Shown: positions 25,748-37,448 of the stretch, in pieces | Numbering within the stretch: position 1 is the first letter of the stretch | Layout: each line of letters starts with the position of its first letter | Notes under the pieces: model-generated | The model's database searches: none | Seen by the model: only the letters and a program-made list of their open reading frames with translations | What the model was told of the DNA's origin: nothing | Assembly (NCBI RefSeq): GCF_011745625.1 | Contig: NW_027191471.1 | Coordinates: forward strand, 310,001 to 374,000 | Source of the DNA: Cladosporium halotolerans | Lineage: Eukaryota | DNA: 64,000 nt | Direction of reading: 5' to 3' | Made by a program: the position numbers and the translations under genes

Positions 25748-27114
25748 TTGCTCAGCAGCAACAGCATATCGTCCCAACTCTGGAAGAGCCTAGACCGGAC
25801 ACGTGGGCTTTCATCTCACAAGTTGCTTGTTCCACCTGTTACACGAGATGGCTCACAACTCAATAGTGCGCAGCTTGCGCATTCGACATCAGAAAGTATT
25901 TTGGTCTCCAAAAGCTGGCAACTGCCTCCGACAGAGTCCGAGAAGAAGAGTGCGCATTGGTGGATATGGGAATGGCTGTGCGAACTACTTGCTCTAGGTT
26001 CTGCGCGGGCATGCTCAGCTCACAGCCAACAGGGACATGTAATTACTCGATCCCTGGGGGCATGGCACTCACCAAGCCAAGAAAGCTTATGGAATGGAAT
26101 GACACCACACCTGTCTTTATAGCCGGATCTGGAAGCAATTACATCTTCAACCGATCCGACGTCGTCGGCGAAGGCGACATCTACGGAGGTATATCTCAAC
26201 TTTATCGGCCAAACATTCTCGGAATTCGCCCATGCCAACGGAGGCGACTATTCACCCGGCAACAACACTGCATTCTACAAGGCCAACGTCTTGGCCTACG
26301 AGTGCGGACTTTGGACTTGCCTCCAAGCTCGATCCGTCAACGCATCTAACGGCATCGTGCAAGACACGCTTATTGACTACCGCAATGGCAACTCCTCGAA
26401 AGACAGGAATGATAAGCCTTTCATTTACGACGAGTCCTTCGATATCAAAGATATTTCCGATTAGAATGTGTGGGACTTTGGTCCTTATCTGGCAATACAG
26501 AGCACACTGGTTGGGGCCTTGAGCGGTTCTATCACCGTCAAAGCCAATGGGGATGTCGACTATACGTGGGCGCAAATTCCGATGGCTTACAGGGGCGGTC
26601 TGAAAGGCGGTATGGGATCTCTTGCTGACTGCTTGCATTCCGCCTGGGTGTACGCTGACGGCATTGAGCGTTGGTGGGCAGACTTGCTAAAAGCCTAACG
26701 AACAACATCAGGATGAATGGGTTCTTGCGAGATCAGGACAGTACCAGATACGCAGGTGTTGCCCGGTCAAAAGTCGTACATATCGAAGTGAGATGGCTTT
26801 GGCTCATCTTCCCAGGCGTCCTGGTGTTGCTTTCGGCCATTTCCCTCGTGGTCACCATTATTGCCAGCTACCAAAGTGTCTTGAGACCATGGAAGACTTT
26901 CATACTTCCTGTGTTCTTCACCAGGCTTGAAGAAGGACTGCAAGAAGAATGGAAACAAGAATACGCTAGTGAGAGCAGCTTGCTGAGCGAAGTCAAGCAC
27001 CGATGGGCTGGACTCGACAACAGCGGAGACACATGGATTTTCCGGCATGTTGACAAGAAGTCGCACAAAGCTCGCGACTTTGAGATCGCTGGTGATACGT
27101 CTGTAAACGGGTGA
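25748..27114 (+). pseudogene. Disrupted DUF3176-like fungal membrane protein gene
   Basis: Family-like segments (WWIWEWL; AYECGLWTCLQ; LAKSLTNNIR..HIEVRWLWLIFP..WKT) lie in different frames. In-frame TAG at 26462-26464; frameshifts near 26190 and 26680. Confidence 0.65.
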
Positions 27115-27771
27115 ACGGCCGAGGATGAACGGATTGTCTGGAAAATGTGTTTAGAGCTTAGCGATCAAAATCGAGAGGCAAGCGTCTCTTCCAGTTATTC
27201 ATGATCACGTGACCGCGCTGAAACGCACTAACTCGTTGCACATGCGCTTGTTTCAAACCCCGTCTCCCGCGCTTCACCACCTCCAATGACCGTCTCAGAT
27301 CGACGCTCCCCAAGGCTTTCATTGACCAGGCTCGTGTGTGAAGTCAGACTGCATACACATTACCTAGGCGCCGGCTTGACGCAGGCGGCCTGCGTCGGCC
27401 AATAGTCAACAAAGCAGCAAAATTCACTGGAAGCTTTTGTTCACTGGGCAGTCGCAAAGCCCGCTATTGTTCGACCTGTCATTGTCGGCGCGCTTCGCAG
27501 TAGTGAAAGCAATAGTCTATTGTTTCATTATCGGTGGGTGCATTACGATCTCGCTGACCGCTAGGTATAAGGATCTCTCTTTGTTTTTCGCACATCCTTT
27601 GTTTACCTGCCACCGCTCTTGACTTGCAAATCACTCTCTTTCGACAGACAATCGCTTTGCCAACACGTTCACCGAACACCCTCCGTCTATATCTTGACTA
27701 GCTGGCCTAGTCTCATCAGCACATCTGCAACCAACCGACTCCAACACAACCACTCCGAGAACTACAATACC

Positions 27772-29085
27772 ATGGCACGAAACTTCGCCCTCCAGTTCTT
27801 TTTCGCCCTGGGGCTTCTCGGTGCTGTTAATGCGCACATGATCCTGGCATCTCCTGTGCCCTTCGATGATGCCAGTCTCGTGGACAAGGCTCCTTTGGAG
27901 AGCGACGGGTCGAATTTCCCGTGCATGGGCTCATCGTACAAGATCAGCGCCATGAACAAGATCCCGGTCAACGAGCCTGTACTTCTTAGCTTCAAGGGCC
28001 AGGCCAACCATATGGGTGGTACATGTCAGCTTTCTATCTCTATGGATGAGAAGCCGGATGCCCAGAGCGTCTTCAAGGTTATCCAGACCTTCCAGGGGGC
28101 ATGCCCTCCGAAGGATACCGAGCCCGGCCTCACTTTCAACATTCCGAAGGAGTTCCCCACAACCAAGCGTGCCACACTTCTGTGGACCTGGTTTAACAAT
28201 CTTGGCGCCCGTGAAATGTACGCCAACTGCGCACCGATCGAGGTCACAGGTGGCTCCAACAACATGGACTTCTACAACTCTCTTCCCGACGTTTTCAAGG
28301 CGAACGTTCCGGCAGCCGACTGCAGGGTTCCTGATAGCACGGACGCCATTATTCCCAATCCTGGTCAGTACATCATCGAGGGTCCCAACATCAAGCCTGG
28401 GACGGTCACCGGTCCGAAGTGTGGCACCGCCTCACAGCAGAAGAATGTGAAGCCAGTCCCCAACCTCGCCGCCTACACTCCGCCGGCCAAGGATTCCAAC
28501 CAGATCACCTACGTCAATGGTAATGCTGGAGGCAACGGTGGAGCTAGTGGAGCTCCCTCGGCTGGTGCTGGCAACCCTGGCGCTACGCAGTCTGCGAACA
28601 ACGGTCTCTACATTCCATCAGCACCTGCACCTACGCAGTCTGCTCCGGCGATCCCGAGCTCCATCGCCAGCTACAATCCGCCCGCGGGTACCAGCTCCGT
28701 AGCTGCTCCACAGCCGACTACTCTTCAGACCAAGCCGAGCGCCCCGGCCTACCCTACGCTCTCGCCTTCTCTTGGCCAGGGTGTCTCTGGGCCAACCTCT
28801 GGCTCCACGGCCTCACCAACGGGCAGCGCATCATCATCTGGTGGATCTGGCTCCAACAGCTGCACCCAGGATGGCATGATCGTCTGCAACGGTCCTACCC
28901 AATTCGGCATCTGCAACCACGGCAGCGTCGTTTGGCAGGCAGTCGCCGCCGGCACTACCTGCTCCAACGGTTCTATTCAGAAGCGCCACGTCCACGTCCG
29001 TCGCCACGCCCACGGTGCTCACAAGCAGCGTGCGGTGAGCTTCGCCGAGGGCGAGGAGGCTCTGATCGAGGCCAGCCTCGAATAA
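27772..29085 (+). CDS. Secreted lytic polysaccharide monooxygenase, AA11 family, with S/T/P linker and C-terminal Cys-rich (X278/CBM19-like) module
   Basis: Signal peptide ends VNA|H (His1); NFPC, NHMGGTCQ, WTWFN..EMYANCAPI; C-terminal CTQDGMIVCNG..FGICNHG..AAGTTC. Confidence 0.88.
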   Translation: MARNFALQFFFALGLLGAVNAHMILASPVPFDDASLVDKAPLESDGSNFPCMGSSYKISAMNKIPVNEPVLLSFKGQANHMGGTCQLSISMDEKPDAQSVFKVIQTFQGACPPKDTEPGLTFNIPKEFPTTKRATLLWTWFNNLGAREMYANCAPIEVTGGSNNMDFYNSLPDVFKANVPAADCRVPDSTDAIIPNPGQYIIEGPNIKPGTVTGPKCGTASQQKNVKPVPNLAAYTPPAKDSNQITYVNGNAGGNGGASGAPSAGAGNPGATQSANNGLYIPSAPAPTQSAPAIPSSIASYNPPAGTSSVAAPQPTTLQTKPSAPAYPTLSPSLGQGVSGPTSGSTASPTGSASSSGGSGSNSCTQDGMIVCNGPTQFGICNHGSVVWQAVAAGTTCSNGSIQKRHVHVRRHAHGAHKQRAVSFAEGEEALIEASLE

Positions 29086-29800
29086 CTTTCCTTCCTTTTT
29101 TTCCTTTTTTACTTGATTGAATTTGCATAGCTCTGGAGTTCGGGAAAACAACCTCGAGATGTCGGAGAACGCTCGCATGGTATTGCATAGCGATGGCGAT
29201 TGCATTTTGAGCGTCTCTTTTGTTTAGACTGAGTGCGAAATGAAAATGAACTGTTTTTGGCTCTTCAACTATTGAATCCTGCGTTTCCAATGAAATCTCG
29301 TGAAATATCCGTAACCTCTGCATCGATCGCTTTGATCGTTTGTCTTTGTCCGTCGCTAAATAGTATCAAATGACTCGCGTGCTGGGAACCCTCCAGCGCT
29401 GAACCCTCCACGGTGTGGGCTTCGCAGCAAACCCCGTGGTCTCGACCGCACCCTAGCGGCACAGAGGAATCGCGCCCTTCGAGGACATGCGGCGCGTAGA
29501 CACTTCGCATTCGCATATATCCATAACTGCGTAGAACACCTTCCTCTTCCGTCTCCGTTATCTCCAAAAGCACCCGGGGAAAGGGCACACGCCCTACGCA
29601 TTGCGTGAATTTCATCAGCCGAAGGATCCTGCCTGCGCCATCCATCCACAGCCGCCCGCTCCTTTCCTATACCTACCTACCCACCTACCTACCGCAAGCG
29701 ACTACATATACAACGATAGAGAAGGGCAAAAAACCCCCCGCATGCCAATTCCCAAAATCCCCACTCTGCAACCAATCCTACAAAAAAAAAAGAATAAAAA

Positions 29801-30522
29801 ATGCCCCCCACCCTCGCCCTCTCCCTCCTAACCGAAGAATCCGTCCCCGCCTTCGCCGCCGTCGACGACGCCGCCATGGCCTCCTGGCCCTACGCGCAGG
29901 CCATGGGCGTCGGGCTGCCCGGCCCGCGCATCGAAATGGTCGAGCGGTGGGTGCGGCGCGGGCTGCTGCACGACTCGACGCAGACGTACCTGCGGGTCTG
30001 CGACGAGGGGAGCGGCGAGATGGTCGCGGGGGCGCTGTGGCGGTTTGCGCCTGCGGAGGAGGGGGGTGGAGGGACGGAGGAGGAGGAGGAGGGGCAGAGC
30101 GAGGGGGAGAGGAAAGCGAAGGCGTTTGGGCGGGCGCGGAGGGAGATGTGGGAGGCGTTTCGGGCGGGGTTTTTCGGTGGGGGGGAGGCATATGCTAGTG
30201 AGTTTTTGATGTGTTTTGGTCGGGTCGTGAATGCGATCGATCGAGCTGCCTTGCTAACGTCCACGCAGATCTCCAGATTCTGGTCACGATCCCCCAATAC
30301 CGCCGGCAGGGCGCCGCGTCGCAGCTCATCGAATGGGGCACGAAGCGCGCGGACGAGCGCGGGCTCAAGTGCGTGCTCATGGCGTCCGAGGCCGGGCTGG
30401 GAGCTTACCTCAAGCACGGGTTCAAGGTTGTGCGAGAGGTGGAAATGGACCTGAGGCCGTACGGGGTGGACGCCACCGAGCTCAGGCGGTGGATGGTCAG
30501 AGAGCCTAGGAAGGCTGGCTGA
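29801..30522 (+). CDS. GNAT-family N-acetyltransferase
   Basis: LVTIPQYRRQGAAS acetyl-CoA motif, AYLKHGF; intron 30198-30268. Confidence 0.85.
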
Positions 30523-30965
30523 ACGGCGGAGGATTCATTCAACAGAGAACACGGCGTGTGAAGCGTGATAAAGTGAAACGAGAAAAACATTAATTGATCC
30601 CAATCTATCATCCACAGCCACAGCGATAGCGATAGCGTACGATCAGCAGCCGACAAGAGAACACGAGCGTGACCGCACGCTCGCTGAGAAGGCCCAGCAT
30701 AACCAAAAGAAAAATGGAAGCCACTGCAAGTATCAAGACAGAGTCGGACAGCGGGGTCGAACCGGCGTCCACAGATGACAGAGTAAATGGGAAAGCCATT
30801 CGACTCCGTAGATCGCAAATACAAAGCAAAGAAAGTATCAAAGCGTGGCTGAGTGGTATCTTCATCTCTCTCCTCTTCTTCTTCCCCTCCTTCCATGAAA
30901 ACATAGACAAAAACATAAAGCGAAAGATGGTGGTGGTGTCCCCTTTAGCCCAAACCAAGAGAAGC

Positions 30966-30983
30966 AAAAAAAAAAAAAAAAAA
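30966..30983. repeat. A18 homopolymer between convergent genes
   Basis: Direct reading. Confidence 0.85.
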
Positions 30984-31204
30984 GGACGCCTTTCCCATTT
31001 TCGAAACGAGCTGTCGGTCTTCCTTCTGGCATGCCGCTTGAACGATCACGGTGGTCGCAAAGCAAAAAAAACACAGTATATTAGATCGCGACGGGAGAGC
31101 TTGTTTCTTCCTCTCCCCAACAGTTTTCGTCAACTCCATGTGGGGGTATCTCAGTAATGTCCAGTCTCAAAATATCAGTCTTCAGATCTCAACCCAAATC
31201 ACTG

Positions 31205-33217
31205 TTATTGCGCGCGCGTCTGCAGTATCCAAGAGCGGAGCGCCATGCTGCAGATCCTCTGGATGACCTGGCTCGTGCCGCGCTGGTCCTCGGTCTGCAC
31301 GAAATCGTACGCGACGTGGAGTTTGTTCAGGTCGTCCGTCGGGTCGTTGCTCAGGGGCACATGCGGGTTTTGGGGGCTCCATTCAGGGAAGCGGCCGCCG
31401 ATGTGGCGCATGACGGCGATGGAGTAGAGTACGTCGCGGCTCTCGAGCACGTTGAGGATCATGCGTAGGTTGGTGAGCTCGGCGGAGATTTGGTCGAGAG
31501 CGTGGGCGTCGCCTTGGTCGTCGCGGAGGGAGGTGAATTTGCCGAGGTGGTACCAGAAGGCTTGCTGGTTGTTGCGCTGGACTTGCTCTGGGTGACTCTC
31601 CATTCCTGGTATAGGCGACCTTGGTGCTCGCAGGAAATCCAAGAAGCTGCCGGTGAGGAGATGCTCGATTGTGTCGAGGCGTGAGAGCAGCTCGCTGATG
31701 ACCGGGTCATCATTTGCGTTCTGCGCTTGTTGTGTGCGAGGCATCACCGCAAGTGACCAGACTAGCCGGGCCTCCAACGATGCCAGTGCCGGCATGGACG
31801 CTGACTGTCCGTATGGGCCAGGCCTAGTACGCATCTCCTCCATATATTGAGCGGCAAATTCACAAAGGTTTCGGTCTGCAGAGAGTGCGGCGAAGCCTCG
31901 AGTGGAGTACCATGTCGTTTCGAAGAGCTTGTCAAGTGCTTGGGCGTATTGAAAGTTGTAAAGGGACTCGAGCTCCTTTAGATTTTCGGGTGATGGCAGG
32001 TCTGATGTGTTTCGAATGGGCAGTTGCGGAGGGATGTCGTTGAGGTTGATGAGCTCGTCTATAGTGACCTTGACAGCTGTGAGGAGTCAGCAAGCGTATC
32101 AACAAAGCTTACACAAAGGAATACTCCGTACATCGTCTCGCGGCGTGAAGTGTGGGTGCATAATTATTGGTCGTCACGCTTCCTACCTTCGAGTCTTGCT
32201 CTGATAATACTGAATCGACGGGAGCATGGTAGGAGATCGGGCCATCCAAGGGCGCAGCGTGATGAGGAAGTTGGTGGCCATAGCCGTCGCCACCTCCATG
32301 GTAAGGTGGGTACGAGTTGGGGGGAATCACCGATGCGGTCGGGCTGCCCTTCACGGTCGGAGTGTTGCTAACAGGCGCGGGCTGAATGCTTGGCGGAGGA
32401 GCGGACTGCTGCTTGAAGATGGGATCGTACCCAAGACAGGCGCGTTTGGATTTCTGGCAGTTGCGACATGTTGGGTGGCCTTCGTCGCACTGTTCAGATA
32501 GAAGTGTCGTTAGCGTTTGCGTAGGCGGGTGGGTTTCAAGCTTTCGCTTGACTTTAAGGTGTTCGCTTGCAGCCGCGACGCGACCGCTGTGCGCGCGACG
32601 TCTCCACCGAAACTGAACAGCTTCAGTTCGCGACGCATCTAACAACCGGCACTCACCTTTATTCTCCTCTTGCGACACGTCAAGCATCCTGTCTTTGTGC
32701 GTCGCTTGATCTCCTTCTTGTGCCGGCCACCGGACATTTGTCTCGCATCCATGGCGGCCTGCGGAGGGATCGGGTAGCGCATCATGCCGTTGTGCCCGTT
32801 CGGCGCGTTCGACGGCATGGGAGGAGGCATGGACTGCGGCTGGTATTGAACCATGCCCGGGTTGTAAGGCGGCGCATGCATCATGGGTGGAGCGCTGTTC
32901 ATGTGCGCGGTGGGGATGTATTGCGGTTGCGACTGAAGGCTCGCGCCCTCGAAGTGCTGGATGGAGGGTAGCGACATGGGAGCGGCGCCGGGCGGCGAGC
33001 CGCGAAAGTCAGGCGAGGGTAGATGCTGGCCGTTAGGAGGAGGGTAGTATTGCTGGTGCGGTGGTTGCTGGTGTTGCGGATGGTGGGCAGGCGCGTTCTG
33101 CATGTTGGCCGGCGAGGGACGACGGTGGTGGTGCTTCTCGTCGGGCGCGGGCTTGGGAGAGCCTCGCGGCGCGGTCTTCTTGTTGTCCGCGTCCTCGTCC
33201 ATGGCGACAGGGAGCAT
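31205..33217 (-). CDS. Zn(II)2Cys6 transcription factor with P/Q/M-rich N-terminus, 3 exons (start 33217 or 33202)
   Basis: KRRTKTGCLTCRKRRIK|CDEGHPTCRNCQKSKRACLGY; introns 32490-32656 and 32077-32131. Confidence 0.88.
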
Positions 33218-33587
33218 TTGCGGCGTCACCTGCACGGCGGCGGCGGCGGCGGTAGGCTCGATGCGTTAGCGCACGAGAAGCGGCAGGCGTCTGGCAAGGC
33301 CTCAGCGCGCCCGCCTTGAGAGGCCCGTTTATCCTTAAGCGAGAAGGAGGAGCGACGGGCCACGGCTCGTATGGGCAGGCGGCGGGACAGCGACAGGGCA
33401 GGGTCGCGGCAGGGAGGGTGGGCGAGGGGCGTTAGTGGAGAAGGGCTCGAGCTGGTCCAGGGTCGCGGGCATATCAGGACGCAGCACGCGGCGGGTCAGC
33501 TGGATGCGCGCATTCCGCCGGCCAGACGAGGCTCGACGTGTGAGGCACTGAGGGCGAGTGTGGGAGTGCGGGCCCGCACCAGACGGC

Positions 33588-33634
33588 AGTGTGTGTATGT
33601 GTGTGTGTGTTTGTGTGTGTGTATGTATGTATGT
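33588..33634. repeat. Imperfect (GT)n/(GTAT)n microsatellite upstream of the TF
   Basis: gtgtgtgtatgtgtgtgtgtgtttgtgtgtgtgtatgtatgtatgt. Confidence 0.85.
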
Positions 33635-35505
33635 AGCGAGGCTCGCGGTACCTGGAGCAGCGGGTGGCAGACGAGTGCGGTGGGCGCTGGCGGTGCAACG
33701 GCGCGTCTTCACGCAGGGCGGCCTGGCGAGGCTGGGTGGGACATGAGGCGTGGGCGCTGCCTTCACACGCCGGGCCGTGTGAACCGAGGAGGGAACAGCA
33801 GGGGAGCAGCAGGGGAGGCGGGCGAGGCGGGGCGCGCAGAAGGAGGCGCTAGGGATTGTCCCGTCCAAGTTCCAACGCACGCAGTCGGCGCACCAGGGAG
33901 GGCTCTGCGGAGACGCTGCTGCAACGGCGGCCGGCGTGCCCTGGTGTGTGCCATGGTGTGCCATGGTGTGTGCCAGCCCGCCTGCGCCGGCCGCTCGCAT
34001 CGCACCGCATCGCGGCGCCCATCAATAATAACACCTTAATGTCGCGCTGCAATCAATCTCCATCAAATCTGGGCGCGCGATCCCCACGGCCGGCCGCGGC
34101 GGCGGCGTCCATCGTCCATCGTCCATCGTCCGTCGTCCGTCGTCAATCGCGCCCGCCGCGAGTTCGTCTCGTGTCGGCGCAAGGTTCGACGGCACATAGT
34201 AGGTACACGTGCAGCGCGTAGGCAGGCGGCCGTGCAGCGAGCATCATCTCGACTGCCATGAGCGGCGGCGGCGGCCATGCATGGAGGCACACGACCGAGG
34301 CAGCGACAGCCTGCCTGAGGCGGTCACACACAGTAGGGCAGTCTACAGAGCTACTACTGTCTACACACAGTCAACAAAGCCACACGCGTCGCCGCAGGTT
34401 GGGCACCACCACGCCATCTCACGGCACGGCAGGCCTGCTCGTCGTCACGGGTGGCTTTCTGCCTGCTCTCGCTAAGGCGCTGCATTATTTGCATTTGCAT
34501 CCGCATCCGCACTTGCGATTGCCATGCGCCCGCGCGCAACAATCCCCCGATCCTCACGCATTCAGCCATCCCACTTATCCATCCACACGCACCCCGGCAA
34601 AAATGCCCTCGGCGGCGTCGGCGAGTGGGCCCAGGGCCTGCTTCGATCGCGACCTTCCCCGTTCGGCTGCCGTCTCGCCCACCAAGGCACGGCGCCCGCG
34701 CACTCAGCCGAGAGAGACTACTGGCCGGCTGCCCGTCGTGATCGATGGAAATGGCCATCCTTCGCGGGCAATAGAAGCCATGCACGCTGCACGCCGGCTC
34801 GCCCGGCTGCTCACTCGCTTGCTGCGCCCGGAGGCACGCGCAGCAGCCAAGCAAGCCGCATGCATCGCTTACAGCCGCAGCCTGGCAGACGCAGACGAGG
34901 CGGGTGAAATAGCAACATGGCTCGCATGGCCAGCCTTGGAGCCTTAGGCCTCTCGGCCGAGCCACTGTGTCGGTAAAGCACCGAGGCACCCGGTCTGCGA
35001 TTGGAGGAAATTGGCATGCGACCAAATGGCCGCAGCGCCCTTCGCTTGGGAGGAAGAGGGAGGGCGGGAGGCACAGTAGCAGTGCTAGCAGCGGCGGTAG
35101 TGGGTGTGATGGCGCAAGCTGAGGGCTGAGCACGTCCGTCGCGCCGCCGCGATCTTTTTTCACTGGTCCGGTCTAGGCTTGCCGCGGCTCATTGCGTTCA
35201 GTAGAGCCCGAGTCATGCGTGGGCTGCGGAGTTCCCTGGGGCGTCTCGTGGAGGGAGGGAACGCCTTCGGTTCGGTAGCCGAAACGCAAAGATCGTCTAC
35301 ATGACGATGGCCGCTGGTTCATCACATGCTAGGGCTTGCAAGCAGCCAGGGTTTCCAAAGCATGAATGGGCGAATGGGAGATTTTCCTCAAAACATGAGA
35401 ATAACAGCGCGGTGGTATTATTCTATTATTCTCACTGCTGTATCAGGCCAAATCTATCTCACGCAGTGTAACAAGCACTGATACCAGAGATAAATTCAAC
35501 GTCGC

Positions 35506-36734
35506 CTACAAATCCGCCTGCTCAGGCACCGGACTCACCAGCTTCCCTGTCTCGATCGCACTCTTGACGTTTCCAATACACCACTCCTCCATCTTCTCCA
35601 TCGTCTCGACCGTGTACGTGCCCATGTGAGGGATGAGCATCGTGTTCGGGTTTTTCAACAAGCCCGGATGCACCTTGGGCTCTTCCTCAAACACGTCGAG
35701 TCCCACAGAGCCCACCTGACCACTCTCGAGCGCCTTGACCAGCGCGTCTTCGTCCATAACCGCTCCTCGCGCAGTATTGACGATCACGACGCCGCGCTTC
35801 ATCTTCGCGAACTCGGGCGTGGAGATGATGTGGCGGGTGTTTTTCTGCAAGCACCAGTCAGCCAACCACCAATCCACTTCACTTCCTCCCAAGACACCGA
35901 AGCCCACTCACATTCAACGGCAAGTTCAAACTCAACACATCCGCCCTGGCCAACAACTCCTCGAACCCCACCCACTCCGCGCCCCCCGCCGCCTCCGCCT
36001 CCAACCTCCTCCGGTTGTGATAGACCGTCCTCATCCCAAACGCCTCGCACTTCCTCATCATATTCCGCCCGATCCCACCCATGCCCAGAATCCCCAGCGT
36101 CTTCCCCTGTCACCACGCGTCAGCGCCCCTCAAACTCCCATCCCAAAGAAAAAAAGAGAAAAAGAAAAACAAAAAAACAAACCTGCGGATCCCTCCCCAA
36201 CCCCGCCACACCCGCCCTCCACGCCCCCTCCCTCAACCCCGCCATGCCCGCCCCAAACCCCCTCAGCGCCCCCAGCATGAGGAAAACAGCCGTGTCCGCC
36301 GTCGCGTCGTCGACGGCAGTCGGCACGTTGCTCACTCTGAGCGGCGGCTCCCTCGCCGAACAAGCCGCGACGTCGATCTGGTCGTAGCCGGCGCCGTTGT
36401 GCGCGCAGAAGCGCAGAGACGCGGGCAGGGCGGCGACGAGCTCGGCGTCCCAGGGGCCAGTGATGGAGGCGCTGGCGAAGGTCCTGTAGGCGGCGGTGAC
36501 GCCGTCGAGGCGGCCGGAGCGGCATTCGGCGAGGAAGGCGGGGCGGGTTGTTGAGGTGGGGGTGAGGATTTCGGTGGTGGTGGAGAGGGCTTGCCAGGAG
36601 GCGTGGGCGCTGGAGGGGGGGAGGGGTCAGTTTTTGTGTTGTGTTGGTTGTTGTGTGGCGGTTGGAGATTGGGGGGTGTAGAGGTGGACGTACTGCTCTA
36701 TCTCGCCGAGGAGGAGGATCTTGGGTTTCGTCAT
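35506..36734 (-). CDS. D-isomer-specific 2-hydroxyacid dehydrogenase (glyoxylate reductase-like), 4 exons
   Basis: HNGAGYDQID, LGILGMGGIG, IVNTARGAVMDE, GLDVFEEEP, PHMGT. Introns 36610-36693, 36107-36182, 35845-35911. Confidence 0.92.
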
Positions 36735-37448
36735 GTTGGCTGTATCGTCAGTATCAATGGATCTAAGCAAAGACAAGAAAGAATGATTCTTCACAAAAAC
36801 ACAAACAACCTCACAAAGATATGTCGTTATAAGTCCCAATCAACAGCGCCCCATCCCGATCGACGTCAAGTATGACTGACCCCCCACAACGCAACCAGAT
36901 CGGCTATTGCGGCCTTTGGTATCGGGCATCGGCGACCCTCGCTATCAGCCAGCGCGATCCCGGAACGGCTCCCGAAGCAAACCAACGATCTTCGGCAATC
37001 CGATAGAACGTCGGCACTCCGCAGTGAGAGCAAGCGAGTAAGTTATCCCTGGAAGCTACCTTACCCGACGCCCTCCTTTTAGACTTTCAGTGAGCGCCGT
37101 GCGCGTTCCGATTACCTGGTTTGCGGATGGGGTTATAGTAGTGGTGATTCGTGGTAATCGGGATGGGCACAGTACATTCAGCAACGCGAGATGGTCAAAG
37201 GCCGCGCGAGGAATTTCATGCGATGGGATTGGGAACGTGAGGATTGTTCATCGAGCATCGTATTCGCGCAGCGTACAAGTATAGCACATACGACTACACC
37301 ACACTCCACTCCATCCAATCTCAAGCGCCGTGCCATCCACTCCATTCATTCCATCATTCCCATAGCCCCCCATACATCCATCCATCATAACAGCATCGCA
37401 GGGTATCATCCCAAACAAAAGTAACTCCACAAAAAATGCAATCTCCCC

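Noticed and set aside
33335..35163. ORFs of 200-270 aa in GC-rich intergenic DNA (also 44459-45354)
   Set aside because: Low complexity, microsatellite-derived, no codon bias or recognisable motifs.
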